A DNA stretch of 32,000 bases from Massilicoli timonensis (GCF_900199515.1 NZ_LT963433.1:60001-92000), one strand, 5' to 3'; positions 9,561 through 17,904 are shown, counted from the first letter of the stretch. Notes: generated by a model not told the origin, from the letters alone. Translations and numbers: made by a program.

Positions 9561-9610
9561 TTGATACTCATTATCAATTACTATTATAATTAAATCACTT
9601 TTTTTGTCAA
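9561..9610 (-). promoter_or_regulatory. Sigma-70-type promoter with an overlapping Fur-family 7-1-7 operator
   Basis: Read on the minus strand: TTGACA (9605-9610), 16 nt, TATAAT (9583-9588). Then TTGATAATGAGTATCAA (9561-9577), whose core TGATAAT-G-AGTATCA differs at one position from the TGATAATnATTATCA Fur-box 7-1-7 motif. It sits between the -10 and the RBS. Confidence 0.6.
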
Positions 9611-9611
9611 G

Positions 9612-9666
9612 ATGATCCTGTTCTTTTTTTACAATTTTTATGATCCTGTTCTTTTTTTACAATTTT
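9612..9666. repeat. Perfect 27-bp direct repeat x2 separated by 1 nt (28-bp period)
   Basis: ATGATCCTGTTCTTTTTTTACAATTTT occurs at 9612-9638 and again at 9640-9666, directly upstream of the -35 of the Fur-like gene. Confidence 0.9.
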
Positions 9667-9820
9667 CTAAAATCATCTTTTTCATTTTAGAAAGTGTCGA
9701 AGCGTTGCTTATTGTTCAAACGATCCTTAGGCATATCGTATCAACATGAAATGACAGATGATCCTAAAAACACCTGCTTTCTTTTCACTGTTTATAAATT
9801 CCCTTTTTCGATTCATTCAT

Positions 9821-9853
9821 GAAAAAAACACCTGCTTATCACAGATGTTTTTA
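9821..9853 (-). terminator. Rho-independent terminator of nagB
   Basis: Minus-strand ACATCTG...CAGGTGT (9842-9848 / 9828-9834, one G-U pair) followed by TTTTTTT (A-run 9822-9828 on +). Confidence 0.65.
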
Positions 9854-9864
9854 TCTTCTCCAAT

Positions 9865-10581
9865 TTACAGTTTTGCGGCTGCTGCTTCGTCCACGATCAC
9901 GACAACATCCGGATGATTCTGCAATACCGATGCCGGACAATTCACATCCGGTGCTTTGTTTACCATTGCCGCAACCGCGTCTGCCTTATTCTCACCGGTT
10001 GCCACCAGCAAAATCTTCTTTGCTTTCATGATCGTAGCAATTCCCATCGTAATCGCGTGCGTCGGCACCTGATTGATGTCGTTTTCAAAGAAACGAGCAT
10101 TGTCCTGACGGGTTTTTTCAGTCAAGGTAACGATATGCGTTGTTTCACTAAACGGTGTGCCCGGTTCATTAAAACCGATATGTCCGTTAGCGCCGATTCC
10201 CAGCACCTGAATATCTACGCTGTAATCTTCCATTGCTTTTTCATAAGCATCGCAGTCAGCCTTTGTATCGCCGTATGGCACATGCACGTTCTCTTCTTTG
10301 ATGTCGATTCCCTTAAACAGGTTCTCATGCATGAATGTATAGTAGGACTGTTCATGATTGCGGTCGATGCCCACATATTCATCTAGGTTGAATGAGGTGA
10401 TATCCGCATAGCTGGTGCCGTTTTCCTGATGATCCTTGATCATGTTCTGATAAAGACCGATCGGTGAAGAACCGGTTGCCAAACCAAGTACCGCATTTTT
10501 CTTATTTGCGACTACTTCTTTCATCACTTCAAACGCTTTTTTTGATACTTCATCATAATTTTTCAAAACAATTACTTCCAC
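9865..10581 (-). CDS. nagB: Glucosamine-6-phosphate deaminase
   Basis: 238 aa. GLATGSSPIGLY, FNLDEYVG, GIGANGHIGFNEPG. GTG start after AGGAGGAACGAATT. Confidence 0.9.
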   Translation of the reverse strand: MEVIVLKNYDEVSKKAFEVMKEVVANKKNAVLGLATGSSPIGLYQNMIKDHQENGTSYADITSFNLDEYVGIDRNHEQSYYTFMHENLFKGIDIKEENVHVPYGDTKADCDAYEKAMEDYSVDIQVLGIGANGHIGFNEPGTPFSETTHIVTLTEKTRQDNARFFENDINQVPTHAITMGIATIMKAKKILLVATGENKADAVAAMVNKAPDVNCPASVLQNHPDVVVIVDEAAAAKL

Positions 10582-10611
10582 AATTCGTTCCTCCTATTTC
10601 TAACTGTTTTC

Positions 10612-10640
10612 ATCATATCACGAAATCAAATGAATTTCAA
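10612..10640 (-). promoter_or_regulatory. Putative nagB promoter
   Basis: Minus strand: TTGAAA (10635-10640), 17 nt, TGaTATGAT extended -10 (10612-10617). Confidence 0.5.
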
Positions 10641-10664
10641 TGTAACACTTTGGCCCGATTGTCT

Positions 10665-11525
10665 CTAAAAAAGAGTAATCGTATAAGCGGTCGTAAACAT
10701 CCGCCCTTTCGCCAATAGCATCGTTCCTTCACGATGATAAAAATCTTCCTTGCAGTCATAGAAATCGCCGTGTCCATACCATGGTTCAATACAGAGAAAC
10801 GGCGCGCCGCGTTTCGCTGTCCAAAAAGCCAGCAGCGGATAGCCGCCGATGCTTACCCGCACACCGTGTTCTTTCCCTTTTAAGGTGACATAGGCGCTGT
10901 GCATGCCACGATAGATCAATGTCCCGTATTTTTCAAATAACGCATAGTCCAGCGGCAGTTCCTTTAATTCCAGCATCTTGCCGGTTACCCCTTTTGGCGC
11001 GTTAGGATCGATGATCAGCTGTTCCAAATGCTCGTTTTCATCAAAACAAATCGTGTAATCTTCAAATGCTTCTCCCTGCACCAACGGGCAGTTGAATCCC
11101 GGATGCAGACCAAATAGAAACGGCATCGTCTGATCTCCGGTATTTTCTATTTCATAGCGAACCGTTAAGGTAAGACCATCTAAGCGATAAATCGTTCTGC
11201 ATGTGAAAGGAAAAGGATACTGCGAGAGCGCATCCTGATCCGCTTCATATTGAAAGATCACTTCTTCTTCATTCGCTTTGATACAGGTAAAATCCACGTA
11301 ACGAAGCAATCCATGATTTTTCATCGCATATTTTTTTCCATTGATCTCATACGTTTTCGTATAAGTATTGCCTACCATCGGAAACAAGGTCGGATTCTTT
11401 CCCGTCCAATACGCTTCCTCGCCTTGCCACATATATTGCAGGCCGTTTTCTTTGTTGATAAAGCTGGCGATCTCTGCGCCCTTTTCACAAAATGTTACGA
11501 CTGCCGAAGCATTTTCCAGTTTCAT
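10665..11525 (-). CDS. Aldose 1-epimerase (galactose mutarotase-like) family protein
   Basis: MKLENAS...GAEIASF...NPTLFPMVGN...LFGLHPGFN...CIEPWYGH are typical of the aldose-epimerase superfamily. Start set at MKLEN (11525); the track ORF extends to 11642. Confidence 0.8.
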   Translation of the reverse strand: MKLENASAVVTFCEKGAEIASFINKENGLQYMWQGEEAYWTGKNPTLFPMVGNTYTKTYEINGKKYAMKNHGLLRYVDFTCIKANEEEVIFQYEADQDALSQYPFPFTCRTIYRLDGLTLTVRYEIENTGDQTMPFLFGLHPGFNCPLVQGEAFEDYTICFDENEHLEQLIIDPNAPKGVTGKMLELKELPLDYALFEKYGTLIYRGMHSAYVTLKGKEHGVRVSIGGYPLLAFWTAKRGAPFLCIEPWYGHGDFYDCKEDFYHREGTMLLAKGRMFTTAYTITLF

Positions 11526-11676
11526 ATGACACCCTACTTTCTTTGTTTTTATTATTGTATCACGTTCCCTTAGACTTTGCCATACCTTCCCTTTTGCGTT
11601 ATTTTTATATCCCGATGACAGTTTCTCGGTGTCATGATACAATGGATGTAACCACCATGCAAAGGAGGATCTTATT

Positions 11677-11922
11677 ATGGAACTTGATCATCAGTTTATG
11701 GCAGAGGCAGTACACTTTATATGTAGCGGCGCAATGGTGTGGACCAAACTGGGGCGACTTGTCTATGGAGTAAACAGCATCGATTTATGCAATCTGATCG
11801 GTGAACAGGGATGTGCCTGCAGTGAAATGGTCTTTGCACATTCTTATCTGAAGCCGAAAGTAACCGCAGGTGTCTGAAAGGAAGAATGTATTGCGGGATT
11901 AAAAGCGTATTTTCAAAAATAA
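11677..11922 (+). pseudogene. Decayed CDA-fold nucleoside (cytosine/guanine/tRNA-adenosine type) deaminase: internal deletion plus in-frame TGA
   Basis: MELDHQFMAEAVHF joins directly to ICSGAMVWTKLGRLVYGV, so the HAE and PC zinc motifs expected between them are missing. After the TGA at 11875-11877 the same frame continues KEECIAGLKAYFQK*, a typical deaminase C-terminus. Confidence 0.65.
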
Positions 11923-11938
11923 AGAGGAGATCATCAGA

Positions 11939-12340
11939 ATGAAATCGATTTGGAATACTTTATATGACGAAGCATGCCGCATCCAAAATGACAGGACCCT
12001 TTCCGCCTATATAGAAGCAGGTGGAACAGCGTGCGCCCTGTTATCCGCGAAAGGCAATATTTATACCGGTGTCTGTATTGATGCCTGCTGCTCTTTAGGA
12101 ATCTGTGCTGAACGCAATGCGATCTTTCAAATGATCACAAACGGCGAACAGGAAATTCAAAAAATATTGACTTTGATGCCGGATGGCTCTTGTGCCATGC
12201 CTTGCGGCGCTTGCCGGGAATTGATGGTACAGCTCATGCCGCACACTTATCAAAATATTGAGATCATGGCAGATATCAAGAATCAGAAAACCGTTTCTTT
12301 AGGAGAATTGACGCCGCACTGGTGGATCACTTCCCATTAA
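11939..12340 (+). CDS. Cytidine deaminase-family zinc enzyme (small homotetrameric Cdd / blasticidin-S deaminase-like)
   Basis: 133 aa. Zinc ligands CAER (GICAERNAIF) and PCGACRE. The C-terminal half, PCGACRELMVQLMP...IEIM...KTVSLGELTPHWW, resembles BSR/BSD-type deaminases. RBS AAAGAGGAG. Confidence 0.8.
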   Translation: MKSIWNTLYDEACRIQNDRTLSAYIEAGGTACALLSAKGNIYTGVCIDACCSLGICAERNAIFQMITNGEQEIQKILTLMPDGSCAMPCGACRELMVQLMPHTYQNIEIMADIKNQKTVSLGELTPHWWITSH

Positions 12341-12374
12341 CATTATCTTATAAAATAAAAAAGGAAACACGTTT

Positions 12375-14102
12375 TTAACGCATTTCCTCCTGGGTGCGGA
12401 ACTGACTTTCATATAATTTATGATAAATGCCGTTTTGCGCAAGCAATTCCTCATGGGTTCCTTGCTCCCGTACTTCTCCGCCGGTGATGACGACGATCTC
12501 ATCGGCATTTTTAATCGTTGATAAACGATGTGCCACTACCAATGTCGTTCTGCCTTTGCATAATTCATCCAGCGCTTCCTGAATCAAAATTTCTGTCGTA
12601 TTATCCAATGCACTGGTCGCTTCATCTAAAATCAAGATCGGCGGATTTTTTAAGAATACCCGTGCAATCGACAATCGCTGTTTCTGTCCACCCGACAGTT
12701 TGACCCCACGTTCGCCGATATTGGTATCATAACCATTTGGCAGCGTCATCACATAGTCATGGATATTGGCACGCTTGGCAGCTTCGATGATCGCTTCCTC
12801 ACTTGCCCCCAAATCGCCATAAGCGATATTTTCTTTGATCGAACCGTTAAACAAAAACACATCCTGCTGTACGATCCCGATATTTTTACGCAGTGATGCG
12901 AAAGTAAGATCCTTCAGATTCTGTCCGTCGATCGCAATCGTTCCCTGATCAAGCGGATAGAAGTGCGGAATCAAATGACAGATCGTCGTCTTGCCGCCGC
13001 CGCTAGGGCCAACTAACGCCAGTTTTTCACCCGGCTTGATATGTAAGGAAACATCATTCAACACTTCTTTGCCATCCGCATAATGGAAAGAAACATGATC
13101 AAAAGTAATTTCTCCTTTAATGTTTTTCAATTCATGCGCCGCAGCGCTTTCTTCCTCTATCGGTTCATCGACGATCTCACAAAAGCGCTGAAAGCCGGTC
13201 ATGCCGTTTTGGAACTGTTCCATAAAGTTGATCAGCTTTTTGATCGGATTGATGAACTGATTGATAAACAGCATATAAGCAACAAAATCTCCATAATTGA
13301 TCCACCCCTGAAACGTATAATAGCCGCCTGCCACCAGCACGACCACATTCAACAAATCAATGATGAAATTCGAACCGCTGTAAAAATGTCCCATTGCCTT
13401 ATAAGCTTTTTCCCGTGCTTTGACAAAAGCCCGATTGCCCTTTTGAAATTTATCCACTTCAAAAGTATCATTGGTAAATGCTTTCGATACCCGGATACCG
13501 GAAATGCTGTTTTCTAAATTGGCATTCACGACCGCTACCTTTACCCTGCTTTCCATAAAGGCTGCCGTCATGCTTTTGCGAATCTGCATACAGAAGAAGA
13601 TCAGGATCGGTATGAAAATAAAGATAATGATCGTAAGGGAAACATTGATCGTACAAAGGTAAGCGAAAGCGCCGATCATCATGATCAAAGAAATAAACAG
13701 ATCCTCAGGTCCATGATGCGCCAATTCCGCAATATCCTGTAAATCATTGATCATACGGCTCATGATCTTCCCGGTTTCATGCTCATCATAGTAAGAAAAC
13801 GGCAGTTTCTGTAAATGAATAAAAATATCGCGGCGCATATCCGCCTGCATATAAACTCCTACCAAATGTCCATAATACTGCACAAAATAACCAAGCAAAG
13901 CTTTTATGATGTAGATCACAAGCAGAACAAATGCCCAGATAAATAATAAACGCATCTCATGATTAGGAATAAAATCATTCAACATGTCTCTGGTGATGAT
14001 CGGGTAAAACAGATCGCAGACCGAAATGAAAAATGCCGAGATCAGATCAAGCAGAAACAATCGCCGATGCGGTTTGTAATAAGCAATAAAGCGTCTTATC
14101 AT
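12375..14102 (-). CDS. ABC transporter, fused permease/ATPase (type I exporter, homodimer type)
   Basis: 575 aa. Six-TM N-terminal half, Walker A GPSGGGKTT, signature LSGGQKQR, Walker B ILILDEATSALD, H-loop VAHR. Confidence 0.9.
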   Translation of the reverse strand: MIRRFIAYYKPHRRLFLLDLISAFFISVCDLFYPIITRDMLNDFIPNHEMRLLFIWAFVLLVIYIIKALLGYFVQYYGHLVGVYMQADMRRDIFIHLQKLPFSYYDEHETGKIMSRMINDLQDIAELAHHGPEDLFISLIMMIGAFAYLCTINVSLTIIIFIFIPILIFFCMQIRKSMTAAFMESRVKVAVVNANLENSISGIRVSKAFTNDTFEVDKFQKGNRAFVKAREKAYKAMGHFYSGSNFIIDLLNVVVLVAGGYYTFQGWINYGDFVAYMLFINQFINPIKKLINFMEQFQNGMTGFQRFCEIVDEPIEEESAAAHELKNIKGEITFDHVSFHYADGKEVLNDVSLHIKPGEKLALVGPSGGGKTTICHLIPHFYPLDQGTIAIDGQNLKDLTFASLRKNIGIVQQDVFLFNGSIKENIAYGDLGASEEAIIEAAKRANIHDYVMTLPNGYDTNIGERGVKLSGGQKQRLSIARVFLKNPPILILDEATSALDNTTEILIQEALDELCKGRTTLVVAHRLSTIKNADEIVVITGGEVREQGTHEELLAQNGIYHKLYESQFRTQEEMR

Positions 14103-14231
14103 TCTGTCAGCCCCTTTCCTGATATTTATGTATTATACTAAAATCGGAAATTGAATGCAAAGTGAAAAGCATAAAAACACTTGCTTTCCACGTTCAAAAG
14201 AAACAAAAGCAAGCGCTCTGCCTGCACACAT

Positions 14232-14270
14232 AGAAAAAAGACGGCTCCCCGATCGGAAACAGCGTCTTTT
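14232..14270 (-). terminator. Rho-independent terminator of pgi
   Basis: AAGACG (14239-14244) / CGTCTT (14263-14268) with inner palindrome CCGATCGG (14249-14256). The minus transcript ends in TTTTTTCT. Confidence 0.6.
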
Positions 14271-14286
14271 ATCGTATGTTATTTTA

Positions 14287-15561
14287 TTATTGTTTGCCGA
14301 GCAGACGGAACATATTTTTCTTATACACTTCCACGCCCGGCTGATTAAACGGATTCACGTCAATGAGATAGGATGTCATACCGATCGCTCTGAAGAAGAA
14401 ATAGATCAGATAACCGAAAGAATGTGCGCTCATATCAGGGATTTCGATCAACAAATTCGGCACCTTTCCGGTTTCCACATGGGCTTCCAGTGTTCCTTTG
14501 GCAGCCATCTGATTGACCCAATGCAAGTTCTTGCCGCTGAGATAATTCATCTGGTCCATATTTTCTTCATCGCTTGGGAAGATCAGATCCTCACTTGGCT
14601 TCGATACATTGATGACCGTTTCAAACAATACTTTTTTGCCTTCCTGCACAAACTGACCGAGTGAATGCAGATCGGTAGAGAAAGTAGCGGAATGCGGCAA
14701 AATGCCTTTTCCCTCTTTTCCTTCACTTTCTCCAAACAGCTGCTTCCACCATTCACCGAAAGATGTCATCTGCAATTCATAAGTTACCAGCATTTCCACA
14801 TCTTTTCCGGCATTCTGCAGCATACGGCGTGCCACCGCATAGCGATAGGCCGGATTATGATGCAAATCAGGATCGCTCAGATCCGCATAAGCCGCCTGCA
14901 CACCTGTCATCAGTTCATCAATGTCAATGCCGGCAACCGCGATCGGTAAAAGTCCTACTGCAGTCATGACCGAAAAACGGCCGCCGATATCATCGGGAAT
15001 CGTATAAGTGTCATAGCCTTCCCGATCTGCGATCTGTTTTAATGTGCCCTTGGCATGATCGGTCGTCGCCACGATGCGTTTTGCGGCTTCTTCCTTGCCA
15101 TACGTCTTTTCCATGTACTGCTTCAATAAGCGAAATGCCAGTGCGGTCTCCGTTGTCGTACCGGATTTTGAAATGACATTCACAACGGCACGTTTGCCCT
15201 CGATATAGCGTAAGACCTGTGCGATATAAGTGGAAGAAAATGTATTGCCGATGAAGATGATCTCCGGTTTTTGACTTGGATATAAGCCGTTGATCATCTC
15301 GATTGCCGCTCTTGCGCCTAAATAACTGCCGCCGATGCCGCAAACTAAAAATACATCACAGTTTTCCCGAATCCACGCAGCGCGTTTCTTTATACGGGCA
15401 AATTCCTCTTTATCATAGGTATTGGGCCATTCTACCCAGCCCACATAATCATTGCCTTTTCCGCTTTTGTTCATCAGCATCGCATGACAACGGTTTACCG
15501 CTTCCTGATAAGCGTCAAAATCCTCCTTCAAAAACGCATGTGTTTCATCAAATCGAATCAT
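14287..15561 (-). CDS. pgi: Glucose-6-phosphate isomerase
   Basis: 424 aa. GIGGSYLGARA, ISKSGTTTET, GGRFSV, QLFGESEGK. RBS GAAGGAGG. Confidence 0.92.
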   Translation of the reverse strand: MIRFDETHAFLKEDFDAYQEAVNRCHAMLMNKSGKGNDYVGWVEWPNTYDKEEFARIKKRAAWIRENCDVFLVCGIGGSYLGARAAIEMINGLYPSQKPEIIFIGNTFSSTYIAQVLRYIEGKRAVVNVISKSGTTTETALAFRLLKQYMEKTYGKEEAAKRIVATTDHAKGTLKQIADREGYDTYTIPDDIGGRFSVMTAVGLLPIAVAGIDIDELMTGVQAAYADLSDPDLHHNPAYRYAVARRMLQNAGKDVEMLVTYELQMTSFGEWWKQLFGESEGKEGKGILPHSATFSTDLHSLGQFVQEGKKVLFETVINVSKPSEDLIFPSDEENMDQMNYLSGKNLHWVNQMAAKGTLEAHVETGKVPNLLIEIPDMSAHSFGYLIYFFFRAIGMTSYLIDVNPFNQPGVEVYKKNMFRLLGKQ

Positions 15562-15573
15562 GTTTAACCTCCT

Positions 15574-15921
15574 TCAGTCTTGCAAAGCCGCTTCGATCCA
15601 CGCATCTAAATGCGCCGCCAGTGTGGAAAAGCCTTTTTCACTTTTCGGCAGGCGATACGCTCTTGCGCTCTTTACCCGTTTATTTTTACGGTGCAGGGCT
15701 TTCAAAGACAGCCTTAGGTGCTGATCTTCATCTATATCCAATACTTTGACTCTTACTCTCTCATGCAGATGCACGAATTTCGATACATCATCTACATAGC
15801 CGCCGGATATCTCAGAAATATGGATCAGTCCCGTATGCGTATCATCAATGCTCACAAATGCGCCATACGGCTTGATTCCGGTTACGATCCCTTCAACGAC
15901 GCTGCCGATCGGATACAGCAT
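15574..15921 (-). CDS. S1 RNA-binding domain protein (YugI / general stress protein 13-like)
   Basis: IGSVVEGIVTGIKPYGAFVSIDDTHTGLIHISEIS is an S1 fold. Start set at MLYPIG after AGAGGTGA. Stop lies 12 nt before pgi. Confidence 0.85.
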   Translation of the reverse strand: MLYPIGSVVEGIVTGIKPYGAFVSIDDTHTGLIHISEISGGYVDDVSKFVHLHERVRVKVLDIDEDQHLRLSLKALHRKNKRVKSARAYRLPKSEKGFSTLAAHLDAWIEAALQD

Positions 15922-16010
15922 TTCATCACCTCTTTTATTGAACACATTATATCATATCTTTCTCACTTGTGTTATAATGAGATGTGTTTTTTAGAGATTG
16001 AGGTGAAAGT

Positions 16011-16475
16011 ATGAACGGTTCTTTATTTGTGCTGGCAGCCGCCTTGCTGTCTAATTTTATCGCACAAGGACTCAAACCGGTTTTTCTCTATATCCGCACC
16101 GGTAAATTCGATATTCATGAGACGATTGCCTGCGGCGGTTTTCCATCTTCCCATACTTCCACCGTCGTCGCGTTAATGATGGCGGTCGGATTCAGTGAAG
16201 GGTTTTCTTCTTCTTTGTTTGCGGTAACCGCTGTATTTGCCTTCATCGTCATTTATGATGCGGTCAATGTGCGCTACTACGCAGGTAAAAACATTCAGCT
16301 CACGAAACAGCTGATCGAGGACCTGGAGGCGAATACCCAGTTGCGCTTTCATGATCCGATCTATGATGAAAAGATCAAAGATGTGCTGGGCCATCGTTTT
16401 GTCGAAGCGCTGGGCGGTATTTTCTTAGGTATCTTGGTATCCACTGTATTTTATTTTTTCGTATTTATGTTATAG
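16011..16475 (+). CDS. Divergent PAP2 / DUF212 membrane protein (YuiD-like)
   Basis: 154 aa. GGFPSSHTSTVVALMMAVG, YDAVNVR, LGHRFVEALGG. Confidence 0.85.
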   Translation: MNGSLFVLAAALLSNFIAQGLKPVFLYIRTGKFDIHETIACGGFPSSHTSTVVALMMAVGFSEGFSSSLFAVTAVFAFIVIYDAVNVRYYAGKNIQLTKQLIEDLEANTQLRFHDPIYDEKIKDVLGHRFVEALGGIFLGILVSTVFYFFVFML

Positions 16476-16485
16476 GAGGTTATTT

Positions 16486-16716
16486 ATGGAAGAAACAGTC
16501 ATCAGAGTGCTGCGTACGCTCAACAAGATCCGCCCCTTTATTCAAAGAGACGGCGGCGATGTGGAATTTGTGAAATTGGAGGACGGCATCGTTTATGTCA
16601 ATTTGACCGGCGCCTGTGCCGGCTGTCCTTCTCGCTCCATTACGTTGCAGGACAGTGTCGCTTCCCTGCTCTTAGAGGAAGTGCCGGGCATTGTCGATGT
16701 GCGTTTGGCTGAATAA
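16486..16716 (+). CDS. NifU-like (Nfu C-terminal domain) Fe-S assembly protein
   Basis: 76 aa. IRPFIQRDGGDVEFV...GACAGCPS. Confidence 0.85.
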   Translation: MEETVIRVLRTLNKIRPFIQRDGGDVEFVKLEDGIVYVNLTGACAGCPSRSITLQDSVASLLLEEVPGIVDVRLAE

Positions 16717-16737
16717 AGCACTGCGGTGCTTTTTTTA
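16717..16737 (+). terminator. Rho-independent terminator after NifU-like gene
   Basis: AGCAC-TGCG-GTGCT followed by TTTTTTT. Confidence 0.75.
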
Positions 16738-16747
16738 TTGCATGCAT

Positions 16748-16776
16748 TTGGAAACAGCAGTGCCTTTTTATATAAA
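16748..16776 (+). promoter_or_regulatory. Putative sigma-70-type promoter of the bPH membrane protein gene
   Basis: TTGGAA (16748-16753), 17 nt, TATAAA (16771-16776). Confidence 0.5.
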
Positions 16777-16821
16777 ATGTGCTATCATTATTACATCTAA
16801 TCAAACAAGGAGGAATCCACT

Positions 16822-17325
16822 ATGAAAGAACATTCAAAATTTGGGATCTTTTTGCTCATTTGGCCATTATTAGCTGCTTGGAGCCTTTTTGTCATCATCA
16901 CTTCGCATCAGGATGTCGATTTTATCTCCAAACTGACAACGCCGCTTGGACTTTTATTACTGACTTTCTTCCTTTATGCCAGCACCACTTATACACTGCG
17001 TGAAGATGCGCTGGTGATTAAAAGCATGCTGGTATTTGAAGAAGTGATCCCCTATCAAAATATCAAAAACGGCACGATCTGCACCAACTTTACACCGGCT
17101 ACCGCATATAGCGCCAAACGGATCCGCATTGAATATAAATCGAAAGGGGTTGCGCGCTATCATCTTGTCTTTCTTTCACCGCTTCATCTGGAAGCGTTCT
17201 ATGAAAAGTTAAAGCCGCAGATTCCGATCGAAAACCGCGGTCTTGATGAACATACGTTCTATTATAATGAAAAAGAAATGGAACAGGAAATGCAAGACGG
17301 CGATCATCCGACCAAAATAATCTAA
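16822..17325 (+). CDS. Membrane protein with bacterial PH domain (bPH_4/DUF1200-like)
   Basis: Two N-terminal TM helices, then TYTLREDALVIKS...IPYQNIK...PATAYSAKRIRIEY. RBS AAGGAGG. Confidence 0.6.
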   Translation: MKEHSKFGIFLLIWPLLAAWSLFVIITSHQDVDFISKLTTPLGLLLLTFFLYASTTYTLREDALVIKSMLVFEEVIPYQNIKNGTICTNFTPATAYSAKRIRIEYKSKGVARYHLVFLSPLHLEAFYEKLKPQIPIENRGLDEHTFYYNEKEMEQEMQDGDHPTKII

Positions 17326-17380
17326 AAAATCGTTTCGGTGCATATCCCTATCTTCTCTACATTGATCCATGATCGAATAG

Positions 17381-17426
17381 AAGCAGTTGCATAGATGCAG
17401 ATACCATCGCTCCAGCTGCTTTTTTA
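17381..17426 (+). terminator. Rho-independent terminator
   Basis: AAGCAGTTG (17381-17389) pairs with CAGCTGCTT (17413-17421), 9 bp including one G-U, followed by TTTTT. Confidence 0.55.
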
Positions 17427-17439
17427 TGATGTTTCCCTG

Positions 17440-17904
17440 TCACTTTTTCAAATAACCGACTTCCGTGAAAAAGCGATCTAACCGCGACGCCAAAATACCG
17501 GTTTCTTTATCGGTCGTTTCCGGCGTCCACTCTAATAACTTTACAATTTCCCCTTTTTCATACTGCACCAATGTCGGAGAATATTTTACTCCATAGCGCT
17601 CAAACATCGGCTCCCGTTTCTCCTTATCCGTCAAGGCATCCGGCAATTCTTCATCCAGATCAACGACATACAGTTCTAAAAAGGCAGAATCCTCGCTTAA
17701 ATGATCAGCCAGATAATTTTCTTGAAAATGAATGGAATCTTCACAGTTTTGCGTCCATCCGAAATAGACGACCATATCTTCCCGCTGCTCCAATTTCTGA
17801 TCCAGTTCATCAAAATGAAGCCGTTTTAATTCACTGAATGCAACCTTGTCATTACAGCCGCAAAGCACTAGCAGAAAAGCGCTGATCCATAGAATTTTCT
17901 TCAT
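17440..17904 (-). CDS. Lipoprotein with thioredoxin-like fold (active-site CxxC not conserved)
   Basis: Signal peptide plus lipobox MKKILWISAFLLVLCGC. Thioredoxin-like layout VVYFGWTQNCEDS...YSPTLV. Start set at MKKILW after GAGGTGA. Confidence 0.6.
   Translation of the reverse strand: MKKILWISAFLLVLCGCNDKVAFSELKRLHFDELDQKLEQREDMVVYFGWTQNCEDSIHFQENYLADHLSEDSAFLELYVVDLDEELPDALTDKEKREPMFERYGVKYSPTLVQYEKGEIVKLLEWTPETTDKETGILASRLDRFFTEVGYLKK

Noticed and set aside
9612-9666. Tandem 27-bp repeats as a miniature CRISPR array
   Set aside because: There are only two copies separated by a single nucleotide, with no spacers, and no cas genes in the window.
11875-11877. In-frame TGA in the deaminase remnant as programmed recoding (selenocysteine, or genetic code 4 as in the related Mollicutes)
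   Set aside because: Other genes here clearly terminate at TGA, for example the Fur-like gene at 9157-9159 and pstC at 22410-22412. No SECIS-like hairpin follows. The gene also carries a catalytic-core deletion, so decay is the simpler reading.
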